Positions 51,688 to 62,031 are shown, numbered from the stretch's first letter. The stretch is 64,000 nucleotides of DNA from an uncultured delta proteobacterium (GCA_963816145.1 CAWFJP010000003.1:288001-352000), one strand, 5' to 3'. The notes: generated by a model not told the origin, from the sequence alone. Numbers and translations are program-made.

Positions 51688-52203
51688 TCAGACATTCCAA
51701 TCTCCTCCGACCAGCCGCGGAATAATCGGATGGAGAATGCGATAGGACAAACCCCATAGTCGATGCTCACCGATACGATAGTACGATACCTGTTCGGCTT
51801 TCTGCCAAGTCGGGAAGCGGTCGATCATCTTGTCGTGAGCACCGGGAATAACCAGATCGCTGAGTCGGACGTCGACGATCTCGGCAACCTCGCACTCGGC
51901 GATCTCCCAGCGCTCCGGCACCGCGATCCGCGCCACGTAAGGGAAAACTCGATAACCCGTGGTGCGCGTCTGCTCCATTGGCAGCTCGGCCAAGATATCC
52001 TCGCGCGGCACGATCAAGCCGAGCTCTTCGCGAGCTTCGCGCAGCGCGGTATCGAGCATGGTGTCGTCTTCCGGATCATGCTTGCCGCCTGGAAAGGCGA
52101 TCTGCCCGCCATGCACGCCGCCAGGCTTGCGCAAAATCATAACGATGTGCAGTTCGCCAACTTGCGAGCGATAGACAGGAATGAGCACGGCGGAGTCGAT
52201 CAT
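51688..52203 (-). CDS. Nudix hydrolase, CoA pyrophosphatase-like
   Basis: SAVLIP, HGGQIAFPGG, TALREAREELG Nudix box, LWGLS..IL. Confidence 0.9.
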   Translation of the reverse strand: MIDSAVLIPVYRSQVGELHIVMILRKPGGVHGGQIAFPGGKHDPEDDTMLDTALREAREELGLIVPREDILAELPMEQTRTTGYRVFPYVARIAVPERWEIAECEVAEIVDVRLSDLVIPGAHDKMIDRFPTWQKAEQVSYYRIGEHRLWGLSYRILHPIIPRLVGGDWNV

Positions 52204-52326
52204 CACGATTTACCTGAACTTTGCTTCTACTACACTTGGCCGTCCTGTGGCAAAGATTGGCGCGATTTTAGTAATTGCACAGCCAAGGGGTTGTGATATG
52301 AGACAGGCGACGTTGAGGGGCGAAGC

Positions 52327-53934
52327 ATGGAGAAACTGCCAAATTTTCTATTCATCATCACCGATCAGCACCGAGCCGACCATTTGGGCTGTTACGGCAA
52401 TCAGATCGTCAAAACGCCGAGCATCGACCGCTTGGCGCAAGCCGGCACTCGCTTCGACAACTTTTACGTGGCGACGCCGATCTGCATGCCTAACCGGGCG
52501 ACTTTCATGACCGGGCGCATGCCATCGCTCCACGGTGCGCGGCAAAATGGCATTCCTCTTTCTCTCAGCGCAACCACCTTCGTCGAGATCCTACGGTCGG
52601 CCGGCTACGACACCGCGCTGATCGGCAAGTGCCATCTGCAAAGCATCAGCGGCGCTCGTCCGACCATCGGCATGCCGGAAGCCGATCCTGACCGGATTCA
52701 GCCGCCGGAACATTTACGCGAGGCCGACAAGAGTTGGCTCAGCCATGGCCGCTACGATCAGGAACTGCGCTCGACCTGGCAAAACGATCCCGACTTCGGG
52801 CTCGCGCTCCCCTACTACGGATTTAGCCATGTCGAGCTCGCTGTCGGCCATGGTGACGAAGTCGTCGGCCATTATGACCGCTGGCTTAAGGAGCGCGAGC
52901 CCAACGGTGACGCAATGCGCGGGCGCAAGAACCAATTACCGGGCAACAACTTTGTCGCGCCCCAGGCCTGGCGAACGGCGATGCCGGAAGAACTCTATCC
53001 GACCGCCTACGTCGCCGAGCGGACCATCATGTATTTGGAAAACTATTCGCGCAGCGACCGCTCCCAACCGTTCTTCCTGCAATGCTCGTTTCCCGACCCG
53101 CACCATCCGTTCACGCCGCCGGGGCGCTACTGGGACATGTACAATCCGCAAGAGATTCCCTTGCCGCCGTCATTCAACCCCGGCGAGCGGCCCATCGTGC
53201 CGCACCTGCGCCGGCTCTACCAAGAACGCAGCGCTGAGGAAGCCAACAAGGACGGCCAACGCACCTTCGCCGTCACGGAACGAGAAGTACGCGAGGCCAC
53301 CGCGCTCACCTATGGCATGATCTCAATGATCGACGACGCCATCGGCAGTATTTTGGGCTGGCTTAAAACTCTGCGCCTCGATAATGACACCGTGGTGATT
53401 TTTACCAGCGATCACGGTGACTTCATGGGTGATCATCAACTATTGCTCAAAGGCGCGCTGCATTACCGCGGCCTGGTTCGCGTACCGTGCATCTGGAGCG
53501 ACCCGGCGAACGAGACCACCGGCATGCTCAATTCCGGATTGTGCGGCACCATCGATCTCGCGCCAACGATATTGCACCGTGCCGGTCTGGCCGGTCATAA
53601 CGGCATGCAGGGGAAAAGCTTGCTATCCGCACTGGCGGCCGAAACGACAGGCCATGAATCAGTGCTCATTGAGGAACACCAGCGGCGCGGCTATATGGGC
53701 TTGGCGAACAACTTCCGCGCCCGCAGCTTGATTACCAAACAGCACCGCTTGACCATCTACGAAGGCGTCGGCTGGGGCGAACTCTACAATTTCTCGACCG
53801 ATCCCGATGAACTCGACAATCTCTGGAATGACCCAAGCGCCCAAACCTTGAGACATGAACTGACCGAACAGCTAGCGCGAAAGATGATGGAAATGACCGA
53901 CACGAGCCCGCTGGCGACGCATCACGGACCGTAG
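52327..53934 (+). CDS. Sulfatase family hydrolase
   Basis: PNFLFIITDQ, CMPNR (CxPxR), TALIGKCH, SFPDPHHP, FTSDHG, ELY..DPDE..NL. Confidence 0.93.
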   Translation: MEKLPNFLFIITDQHRADHLGCYGNQIVKTPSIDRLAQAGTRFDNFYVATPICMPNRATFMTGRMPSLHGARQNGIPLSLSATTFVEILRSAGYDTALIGKCHLQSISGARPTIGMPEADPDRIQPPEHLREADKSWLSHGRYDQELRSTWQNDPDFGLALPYYGFSHVELAVGHGDEVVGHYDRWLKEREPNGDAMRGRKNQLPGNNFVAPQAWRTAMPEELYPTAYVAERTIMYLENYSRSDRSQPFFLQCSFPDPHHPFTPPGRYWDMYNPQEIPLPPSFNPGERPIVPHLRRLYQERSAEEANKDGQRTFAVTEREVREATALTYGMISMIDDAIGSILGWLKTLRLDNDTVVIFTSDHGDFMGDHQLLLKGALHYRGLVRVPCIWSDPANETTGMLNSGLCGTIDLAPTILHRAGLAGHNGMQGKSLLSALAAETTGHESVLIEEHQRRGYMGLANNFRARSLITKQHRLTIYEGVGWGELYNFSTDPDELDNLWNDPSAQTLRHELTEQLARKMMEMTDTSPLATHHGP

Positions 53935-54000
53935 CCAATATCCCGGTTCTATGCAAAAACGACTGGAACCGCTGGAACGTTTGGAACAGCGGCGAAGCCG

Positions 54001-54972
54001 CTAAACATAGTGTTGTATGCGCTCCAAACTCGGCGCGAAAAACAGTTCTTCGACCTTTGGATTCTTTTTGATCATCCCCTGTTCGAATTCGTAACGAATC
54101 ACCGCTTCTAAGGCTTTGCGATTATCGTCGAGATTGTACGGCCAGGGGTCGGGGCCGAAGATTTCCCTTTGCTCGCGCATCAAGTCTTGCACCCAGACCA
54201 GCGCGAAACTGCGCGGGTCGCTGTTGCGGGAGTAACAGATTTGTTTGGCTCGCTCGAAGGCTTGCACCAGACTGATGCCGACCCACGGATGTTTTTCAAG
54301 AATATGATTTTTCACCACCACCGTGTGCATGATCGGAAAGTGGCCGCCGTTTTTGTAATATTCGATCTCGGCTTTTTTGGGATCGGGAAATAGCAGCGCC
54401 ACTTTGGGATTACCCGAGCGCATTGACGGCAGAGTCTCCGGATAAAGCGAGGCTTCGAGTTCGCCGTCGATTAGCATCTGATCGATATTTTTGCCGTGCG
54501 GCACGCGCTTGACGTTCATCCAAGCCGCCGGTTCGAACGGGATATCCTCTTCCTCCTGGCACCACCACTCGATGGTCTTTAAATCGACGTTGTAATGATC
54601 CTGCAGAATGCCGCGCATCCACAGCCCAGCGGAATTTTGCAAAGTATCGAGCGCGACGCGCGTACCGTTCAAATCGGACGGTTTTTCGATGCCGCAGGCG
54701 GTGCGCTTGACCATGTACTGATGACGGAAACGGCGGTGCGGGAACACTGGAATGGCGTTGTAGCCGCAGCCCTTGTCGCGCGACACCAGATAACCGACCA
54801 GCGACAGCTCGCAAACGTCGAACTCTTCATGTTTCAACATGCGGCCATGGCGCTCCGGCGACGCCATCGTCAGAACGTTGAGATCGATCCCCTGGGGCTG
54901 GATTTCGCCGTTGATCAATGGGCGCAAAAAGTCATAATCGCCGCAGGCCAAGGTCAACTGGAGTTTTGCCAT
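54001..54972 (-). CDS. 4,5-dihydroxyphthalate decarboxylase-like / periplasmic-binding-fold protein
   Basis: L.LACGDYD..RPL..G, FDV.ELSL, IPVFP.RRFRH, WMRGIL, FPIMHTVVV, DPWPY...NR.ALE; no signal peptide. Confidence 0.85.
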   Translation of the reverse strand: MAKLQLTLACGDYDFLRPLINGEIQPQGIDLNVLTMASPERHGRMLKHEEFDVCELSLVGYLVSRDKGCGYNAIPVFPHRRFRHQYMVKRTACGIEKPSDLNGTRVALDTLQNSAGLWMRGILQDHYNVDLKTIEWWCQEEEDIPFEPAAWMNVKRVPHGKNIDQMLIDGELEASLYPETLPSMRSGNPKVALLFPDPKKAEIEYYKNGGHFPIMHTVVVKNHILEKHPWVGISLVQAFERAKQICYSRNSDPRSFALVWVQDLMREQREIFGPDPWPYNLDDNRKALEAVIRYEFEQGMIKKNPKVEELFFAPSLERIQHYV

Positions 54973-55563
54973 TTACTCGCCTTTCACATGTTGCCGGTAA
55001 AGTTCCGGTGTATCGATATCGAGAGTGATGCCCACATCGTCCGTGTCGATCTCCAGCGTGTCCTGGCGATGGGCATTGACCACCGCCTTGGCGCCTTGGT
55101 CCAGCGGCGCGTTGAGTAATTCGTCGAACAGCGGCCGCGAAAATATCACCGGGTGGCCCCGTTTGCCTTGGTGGCGCGGGACAACGATGGAAAACTTCGA
55201 CCCGTCAAAGCGCTGCAGCATAAGGCGCACCAGCTTGGGATCGATGTATGGATGATCGACCAAATGCACCATCATGCCGACGCAATCCTTCGCCGCTTGC
55301 AAATGGCGCACAGCGACTTGCAGCGACGATAGCTGCCCCTGCTGGTAATCCGGATTGACGAGAATCTCCACCGGCAGATGGGTGATCCGGCGCCGCAGCT
55401 CCTCTGCGTTGAAGCCCAAGACGACAACGATACGCTCGACACCGCCCTGCTTGAGCGCGCCGACGATCCGATCGATGAAGGTCTGGCCGTCGATCGGCAA
55501 CAGCGCCTTGGGCCGGCCCATCCGGCTCGATTCTCCGGCGGATAGAACTACGGCAACGATCAT
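54973..55563 (-). CDS. Nucleotidyltransferase family (MocA-like Mo-cofactor cytidylyltransferase)
   Basis: VLSAGESSRMG.PKALL, GQLSSL, VDHP, RGHPV.F, DIDTPE.Y. Confidence 0.85.
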   Translation of the reverse strand: MIVAVVLSAGESSRMGRPKALLPIDGQTFIDRIVGALKQGGVERIVVVLGFNAEELRRRITHLPVEILVNPDYQQGQLSSLQVAVRHLQAAKDCVGMMVHLVDHPYIDPKLVRLMLQRFDGSKFSIVVPRHQGKRGHPVIFSRPLFDELLNAPLDQGAKAVVNAHRQDTLEIDTDDVGITLDIDTPELYRQHVKGE

Positions 55564-55594
55564 GGGCGAATTCGTCGAAGATTGTGGTAGCGAA

Positions 55595-55692
55595 GAATCT
55601 TCCTTAACCCATCTTTTTCAAAGAGGGGGCAAAAGCCAAGCTCCACGTCCACCACCCTCCCACTTTGAAAAAGGTAGATTGAGCGGAATTTT
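55595..55692. repeat. CCCCCTTTGAAAAAGG-type paired palindrome (copy 2)
   Basis: cccatctttttcaaagagggg ... cccactttgaaaaaggtagattgagcggaattt. Confidence 0.65.
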
Positions 55693-55752
55693 CTTAAAGT
55701 TAGAAATCCAATCAAACATGAAAACGAATCTAAAGTTACCTGGGATGCGGAT

Positions 55753-56745
55753 TCATTTGTAAATCTTGTCGATGAAGCCGCTTTTCTCTAGTTCCCGCAC
55801 GATGCTGTCGTCTACGATATCCTCGACACGCAAAGTAGCACCGGGCTTTCGCGAAAGCGCCTCTTTGATCTGAACCTCAGTTCCTTCTCGGGTTACCAAT
55901 GGAACGCGATCATGCAACTTTACGTTGGCGGCCCAGGACGACTCTAAGAACTGCAAATTATTCTGACGCGTGTACTTGGCGATGAATTTCATGGTCTCTT
56001 GCTTACGGGTCTTAAGGAAATGGGTCGCTTCGATCAGCGCCATTGTGAGCTTTCTCATGGTTTCACGGTTGCTGGCGAGATAATGTTTTGTCGTCGTAGA
56101 GCAAATGTACGGAAAGTCGAAACGCTTTTGAAAATCCGCCGTGCTGATCATAATCCGATGAGGCATGCCCTTGGCGAGATGAATCGTTCCGGGAGGTGAC
56201 GGAAAGCCGACGATCTTACCCGACCTAAACGCCGCCGCCCGCTCCGACGGGCCACCTACCTGGATGATCGGCACATCCTTTACCGGCTCCAATCCTAAGC
56301 CTTTGATCAACGCCCGCGCAGCGACATCTGACGCGCTTCCAACCCGGCTGATGCCAACACTTTTCCCTTTGAGATCTTCCGCCGACTTGACGGATTCCTG
56401 GACAATTAACTCGTACGGGAGTGTGTTGATATAACACGCACTCATCACCAAATTGGCGCCGCCCACCACCGCGCTCGCGACCGCGCCGCCCGAGCTGTTC
56501 GCGACTTGGATATCACCCGAAACAAGGGTGGATACGCTCATTGTCGAGCTTTGGATGAAAATGAGTTCAACGTCCAGACCGTACTTCCGGTACATGCCGC
56601 CGTCTAACGCGATAAACCATACAGCATTCGAGGCGTCAGCCGAGCTGTAGGCGATCTTCAAGCGCTCCTGAGCCGCGCTGTGAGTGTAGCTCCCAATAGA
56701 AAATACCAGAAAAAGCGATAAGCTAGTGGTGATCCGGTGTATCAT
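55753..56745 (-). CDS. ABC substrate-binding protein, SsuA/THI5(NMT1)-like
   Basis: Signal peptide, KYGLDVELI, EDLKGKSVGISRVGS.SD, LEKSGFIDKIY. Confidence 0.88.
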   Translation of the reverse strand: MIHRITTSLSLFLVFSIGSYTHSAAQERLKIAYSSADASNAVWFIALDGGMYRKYGLDVELIFIQSSTMSVSTLVSGDIQVANSSGGAVASAVVGGANLVMSACYINTLPYELIVQESVKSAEDLKGKSVGISRVGSASDVAARALIKGLGLEPVKDVPIIQVGGPSERAAAFRSGKIVGFPSPPGTIHLAKGMPHRIMISTADFQKRFDFPYICSTTTKHYLASNRETMRKLTMALIEATHFLKTRKQETMKFIAKYTRQNNLQFLESSWAANVKLHDRVPLVTREGTEVQIKEALSRKPGATLRVEDIVDDSIVRELEKSGFIDKIYK

Positions 56746-56883
56746 GCCAATCAAACCTCCTGCCTCGAACAACTCAGATAGTGATATTGAGTGAATCTAA
56801 TATTGATTTAACGCAACAGAGAGGCGGGAATCAACAATCGGGAAACGCTAATTGGGGTTCATGGGGTGGCGAGCTTGTCATGC

Positions 56884-57987
56884 TCACTGTTCCGCGGGTA
56901 GCGCCATGCATTCCCCGGCAGGTAGCTCGACCCAGACCTGCGTGCCCCGGCGCACCTGCAAGGTGTAACGCTGGTGGGTCTGTAAAGTATTTTTGCCGAG
57001 TTCGATAGCGCAATCGAGATATTCACCGAGAAACATCGCGGCACCCACCTTACCTTCGATAATATTGCCGTCATCGGTAGGCTTTTCCAAGTTCACGTTA
57101 ATGCTCTCCGGCCGGACAACAACGACGACATTGCTGCCGACCGTAAGGCCGTCCAGCAACATGCATTTGAGCTTGCCGTCCCCCGTTGCAACCTCACCCG
57201 TGCCATCAAACTCGATTTTGGTGACTTGGCCGGTCATTTGATTGGTCGATCCGATAAAATTGGCGACGAACTTACTCTTCGGCTGAAGATATACCTCGCG
57301 CGGAGCGCCTTCTTGAATGATCACGCCGCCATTCATGATCGCGATTTTGTTCGACATCGAGAGGGCCTCGATCTGATCGTGAGTGACGTAAACCGTGGTT
57401 ATGCGCAGCCGTCGCTGCAATTCCCGCAATTCGAAGCGCATGCGCTCGCGCAGTTTGGCGTCGAGATTGCTCAAGGGCTCGTCCAAAAGCAACACCTGAG
57501 GCTCGCGAACCAACGCGCGCGCCAAGGCCAGACGCTGCTGCTGCCCACCGGACAATTGCGTCGCCATGCGATCCTGGTACTCGCCGAGTTCTACCTGTTC
57601 CAAGGCGGTCGTGACTTTCTTTTTGACGTCGGCGTTACTGACTTTCTGTTTTCCGACACGTAGCGGGAAAGCGACATTTTCGAAGACCGTGAGATGAGGC
57701 CAAATGGCGTAGCTTTGAAATACCATGCCGATGGGCCGCCGATACGCCGGCACAAAAATCCCTTCGGAATCTGCATAAACTTTTTGCCCGGCAACAATGA
57801 TTTCCCCGCCGTTGGCTCGTTCCAATCCAGCGATACAGCGCAGCGTGGTGGTTTTCCCACAGCCCGACGGGCCGAGCAAAGTGTAGAAACGACCGTCCTC
57901 AACATTGAAGCTGATATCGTTAACGGCCTTGACCCCGGCGTTGGAGCCATCCTCGTAAATCTTTACCAGCCCCTTTACTTCAATCAC
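56884..57987 (-). CDS. ABC transporter ATP-binding protein (FbpC/PotA-like, TOBE domain)
   Basis: GPSGCGKT, LSGGQQQR, LLDEPLSNLD, YVTHDQ. Confidence 0.95.
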   Translation of the reverse strand: MIEVKGLVKIYEDGSNAGVKAVNDISFNVEDGRFYTLLGPSGCGKTTTLRCIAGLERANGGEIIVAGQKVYADSEGIFVPAYRRPIGMVFQSYAIWPHLTVFENVAFPLRVGKQKVSNADVKKKVTTALEQVELGEYQDRMATQLSGGQQQRLALARALVREPQVLLLDEPLSNLDAKLRERMRFELRELQRRLRITTVYVTHDQIEALSMSNKIAIMNGGVIIQEGAPREVYLQPKSKFVANFIGSTNQMTGQVTKIEFDGTGEVATGDGKLKCMLLDGLTVGSNVVVVVRPESINVNLEKPTDDGNIIEGKVGAAMFLGEYLDCAIELGKNTLQTHQRYTLQVRRGTQVWVELPAGECMALPAEQ

Positions 57988-58005
57988 AAAAAGCCTCGCA
58001 ATTTC

Positions 58006-59730
58006 TTATGTCTGGATGCCAATCTTGCCGGTAAGCTTGTAGAAGATCGCGACGATGGTCAATAGCGTGGCGATCATCAAAACGCCGATGGCGGCGACTA
58101 CGGTCACTTGGCCCTGTTCAAACATGGTGAAGAGTAAAATCGACAGTACCCGGCTTTCGCCGGTGGCGAGCAGAACCGACGTCGAAAACTCCCGAAATGA
58201 AACGATAAAAATATAAATCCAGCCCGCCACCAAGCCCGGCCGCAACAGCGGCAATGTGACGCGCTTGAAGGTTTCCCACCACGAGGCGCCGGAAGCCGAG
58301 GCAGCCTCTTCGAGTTCGCTGTGGATTTGCAAAATCGAGCCAGAGGCCGAGCGCATGCCATAGGGTATATAACGAGTCACATAAGCGATGAGCAAAACCC
58401 AGATGGTGCCGTAAATCGGCAGCGGGAAAGCCACGTAGAGCAGAATCAGCGACATGCCCATGACAATGCCCGGGATTGTGATCGGCACAAAAGCTAGGAA
58501 GTCCAAGATCCAAGCACCGCGAAGCTTACTCTTGTAGACAATCCAAGCGATCAATGATGTCAGCACCATCGCTACGGTTGCCGTAAGCGTCGCCAGAATA
58601 ATGCTGTTTTTCATCGCATCCCAGAATGGGCGAAAGCCGTTCAAGTAGCGGTAATTTTCGAGAGTCAGCTTGTCCAGCGCATCCCATCCCGGAGTGGCGA
58701 AAAAGGGCAAAAACGAAGCCCAAAACAACACGAGAAAAGGCAGCAGCACAACGAATATGAAATAGCTCAGCAAGAAGCCGAGCCCAGCCCAGCGCCACGC
58801 CCCCAGTTCGAACTGTCGCGGCCGGAAAGCTTTGCCGGTGACGGTTTGAAACTTCTTGCTTTCTTTGGTCGACCGCGTGTACAGCCAGACGCCGACCGCG
58901 CTCAACAACAGCAACCCAACCGCCAATGCGCCGCCGCGGCCGTAGTCGGGTGGATACTCGTTGAAAGCCAGGTATATCTCACTCGTGTAGACATAGATCC
59001 GCGCTGGGATACCGACCAACGCGGGAGTCTCGAAGGATTCGAGAGTGCGAACAAAGAGAATCAGTAAAACCGATCCAGCCGTCGGCATGAGCAAACGCAG
59101 GGTGACGCGCTTGAAGGTTTGCCAGGTGCCGGCACCGGACATCATGGCCGACTCTTCAAGAGACGGGTCCATGGACTTGAACGCCGCCACCATCAGAAGA
59201 AACGCCAACGGCACCTGCCCCACCGAGTGCACCCAGATCATGCCGGGCAGGGAGAAGACGTTGAATGGCGGCGAGGTTAGGCCAAAGAGATTCATGAGCC
59301 AGACGTTCAGATAGCCAAACTTCGGACTGAGTAAAAAGATCCAGGCGATCGATTCCAGCACACCGGGAAGAATCAACGGCACCACGGCGAGGGGCACAAA
59401 AATCTTACGAAGGGGCGTATTGGTGCGCTCGGTGAGCCACGCGAGCATCGTTCCAAGGGTAAAACTAAGAATCGCCGAACCTGCCCCAAAAATCAAAGAA
59501 TTCGCGAACGTCGAGTAAGTGTATTGGCTGGCATAGGCGGCTTGATAGTTTTTGAGCGTATAGACGAACTCGCGCGGCGCAACTTCGGCTTGAAAGCTGC
59601 CTACAATAAGCATCAAAAGCGGCAAGACTGCTAGATAGATGAGGACGCCGGCGCCGGCCAGTGGAATCAGCCATGCCGGATCAAAATAAAAACTCGCTCT
59701 GTCAGTCCGCGTCATTGTAGCAGTGGCCAT
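58006..59730 (-). CDS. ABC transporter permease, FbpB-like
   Basis: DPSLEESA..SGA and ELEEAA..SGA EAA loops; many TM helices. Confidence 0.92.
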   Translation of the reverse strand: MATATMTRTDRASFYFDPAWLIPLAGAGVLIYLAVLPLLMLIVGSFQAEVAPREFVYTLKNYQAAYASQYTYSTFANSLIFGAGSAILSFTLGTMLAWLTERTNTPLRKIFVPLAVVPLILPGVLESIAWIFLLSPKFGYLNVWLMNLFGLTSPPFNVFSLPGMIWVHSVGQVPLAFLLMVAAFKSMDPSLEESAMMSGAGTWQTFKRVTLRLLMPTAGSVLLILFVRTLESFETPALVGIPARIYVYTSEIYLAFNEYPPDYGRGGALAVGLLLLSAVGVWLYTRSTKESKKFQTVTGKAFRPRQFELGAWRWAGLGFLLSYFIFVVLLPFLVLFWASFLPFFATPGWDALDKLTLENYRYLNGFRPFWDAMKNSIILATLTATVAMVLTSLIAWIVYKSKLRGAWILDFLAFVPITIPGIVMGMSLILLYVAFPLPIYGTIWVLLIAYVTRYIPYGMRSASGSILQIHSELEEAASASGASWWETFKRVTLPLLRPGLVAGWIYIFIVSFREFSTSVLLATGESRVLSILLFTMFEQGQVTVVAAIGVLMIATLLTIVAIFYKLTGKIGIQT

Positions 59731-59770
59731 AGAACACCTTCTGGAGATAACCGCGGCGAATACGGGTCAG

Positions 59771-60787
59771 CTATCTCAGGCTGAATATTTCCTTCCAAAT
59801 CTTATCGTACTTGGGAAATTCTTTAAGGTCGGCCGCAGTGATAAAATAGGTTTTTTCTGTTTTGGTTTTATCGACCGGGTCAACCTTGGGATGAGCGGGA
59901 TTGCGACCCCCTTGGGCCATGACTTTTTGCCCATCAAGACTCGCGACCCAGCGAGCAAACAGCAAGGCGGTGTTCGGATGCGGCGCGTTCTTGAAGATCG
60001 CCGTACCGTTGATCGAAGCGACACCTTCGCTCAGCATGTAATTGACCGGCGCACCCTTCTTGATCCGGCTCGGATAATGATGCGAGTAACAGGTCAGGCA
60101 CACCGCGGCTTGGCCGGCGACCAACAATTCGGCCAATTGCGAATGCCCCTTATGAAACTCGACGTTTTGCGCGGCGATTTTCTTCCAGTAATCGATCGCC
60201 TTCTCGTCGCTTTTGAAACGATACTTGGCAAAGGCCAAGAGCATTTCAAGGTCGCGAGGCTCGGCGATCATGCGGCCTTTCCAACGCGGGTTAAGAAAAT
60301 CGTCGTAGGATTTCGGTTCCTCGTCTTTCTTGACCAGATTGGTATTCCAGGCGGCGATGAAATACTGGAGGTCTGACGAGGTCCAAAAAGAACCTTTCAG
60401 CCCGGCGGGATAATCCGCCGCTTCCGGCAAGGTAATTTCTAGCAATAACCCTTGATCGTGGGCCTGAGTGACGTTTTCCAGGGGAATCTGCAGCACATCG
60501 CCTAGCGTCTTGCCGCCGCGCGCCTCGGTGACGGCCCGAGCGACTAATTTATCAGAAGTGGCATCGACGTGATTGATTTTGATACCGGGAAATTTTTTTT
60601 CAAAAACCGGTAATATTTTCTCGGCATTAACCTGCGCTAACGTGCCGTAAAAATTAAGCGTCCCGCCTTCTTTTAGCGCCTTTTGATGAAGCTCTTCGAG
60701 TGATTGCCCCCGCACGGTAGTGGCGGCCAATGGTCCAAGCAGCCATATAGCTAAAGTGAAAGGGACAATTCTATTGATAAACCGCAT
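59771..60787 (-). CDS. Extracellular solute-binding protein (CxxCxxHH subfamily)
   Basis: Signal peptide, KALKEGGTLNFYG, PRWKGR, CLTCYSHHY, APHPN.A.LF. Confidence 0.88.
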   Translation of the reverse strand: MRFINRIVPFTLAIWLLGPLAATTVRGQSLEELHQKALKEGGTLNFYGTLAQVNAEKILPVFEKKFPGIKINHVDATSDKLVARAVTEARGGKTLGDVLQIPLENVTQAHDQGLLLEITLPEAADYPAGLKGSFWTSSDLQYFIAAWNTNLVKKDEEPKSYDDFLNPRWKGRMIAEPRDLEMLLAFAKYRFKSDEKAIDYWKKIAAQNVEFHKGHSQLAELLVAGQAAVCLTCYSHHYPSRIKKGAPVNYMLSEGVASINGTAIFKNAPHPNTALLFARWVASLDGQKVMAQGGRNPAHPKVDPVDKTKTEKTYFITAADLKEFPKYDKIWKEIFSLR

Positions 60788-60891
60788 ACAACCAAATCCT
60801 CCAATCGAATATTCTGTAGATCACCGGCGTCACAAAGGTTAGGTTTTTTACCAGGCGACGCACGCGGTTTCAACACGGCCTCATTTTTCAA

Positions 60892-61914
60892 TTACCTAAG
60901 TTTGAAAACTTCCTTCCAGACTTTTTCGTACTTGGGAAACTGCTGAATGTCGTCGGCGCCGATGGCGTAGATTTTCTTCGGGCGCACCGGCAAAATGGGC
61001 TCAACATTGGGATGCGCCGGCGTGCGGCCGCCTTTGGCGTAAGCTTCCTGTCCTTCCTTGGACTCCGCCCAGCGGGCAAACAACATCGCGGTGTTTGGAT
61101 GCGGTGCATCCTTCGCGATCGAGACCGCGATGATGCTCGCTATGCCTTCCGACAGCATGTAACCGAGAGGCGCCCCTTTCTTGATCCGTGAGGGGTAGTG
61201 ATGTGAATAACAAGTAAAGCAAGCCGCCGCTTGGCCCGCCACCAGCAGTTCCGCAAGATCGGAATGGCCTTTGTGAAACTCAACGTTATTGGCGGCGATT
61301 TTGACCAGAGTCGCACGGGCCTTTTCCAAGCTATTGTATTTACGCGTCAAACCGATCACTAACTCCGCGTCGCGCGGTTCGGCGATCAATCGGTTCTTCC
61401 AGCGCGGATCGGCGAAGTCATCGAGGGACTTCGGTTCTTCATCCTTTTTCACCTTATTCGTATTCCAAGCGCCAACGAAAAAGATCATATTATTGGCCAG
61501 CCAATAGCTGCCTTTCAGATCGCTCGGATACTCGGCCGCTTCGGGAATCGGTTGGTCCAGCAATAGTTTCTGTTCGTGCAACTGATTGATATTTTCAAGA
61601 CCGAACTCGAAAACGTCAGAGAAAACCTTGCCGCCGCGCGCCTCGGTGATCGCCCGCACCGCGAGCTTGTCGGAAGTCGCGTCGACATGATTGATTTTGA
61701 TGCCGGGAAAACGCTTTTCGAACACCGGATAAATCTTTTCGGCGTTGATCTGCGCCAGCGAGCAATAGCAATTAAGCGTGCCGCCTTCCTTAAGAGCTTT
61801 CTTATAAACCTCATCGAGTGTTTCGGCGCCCGCTCCCCATGTCATGCCGACCAGAACTAGGCCCACTAAACCACCGAATACAGCTATGTTTCGAAATTTG
61901 TGAATACCGATCAT
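60892..61914 (-). CDS. Extracellular solute-binding protein (CxxCxxHH subfamily)
   Basis: Paralog; CFTCYSHHY plus an extra N-terminal CYC. Confidence 0.88.
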   Translation of the reverse strand: MIGIHKFRNIAVFGGLVGLVLVGMTWGAGAETLDEVYKKALKEGGTLNCYCSLAQINAEKIYPVFEKRFPGIKINHVDATSDKLAVRAITEARGGKVFSDVFEFGLENINQLHEQKLLLDQPIPEAAEYPSDLKGSYWLANNMIFFVGAWNTNKVKKDEEPKSLDDFADPRWKNRLIAEPRDAELVIGLTRKYNSLEKARATLVKIAANNVEFHKGHSDLAELLVAGQAAACFTCYSHHYPSRIKKGAPLGYMLSEGIASIIAVSIAKDAPHPNTAMLFARWAESKEGQEAYAKGGRTPAHPNVEPILPVRPKKIYAIGADDIQQFPKYEKVWKEVFKLR

Positions 61915-62031
61915 GAAACCTCCCTTTTACGAACCCCCGTCAATTTTTATGTCTGGCTTGGGGCTGCGATCGCATTTGATTCATACATGTCTGTTTTCGC
62001 GCTTAAATCGGATAACCAAGACAAACTCATT

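Noticed and set aside
16974-53998. Short tandem arrays and ~80-bp repeats as CRISPR arrays
   Set aside because: The units are 7-9 bp or dispersed inverted pairs, there is no repeat-spacer periodicity of CRISPR size, and no cas genes are present.
60075-60105. CxxC..HH as a c-type heme attachment site
   Set aside because: The motif is CxxCYxHH, not CxxCH, and the fold is a solute-binding protein.
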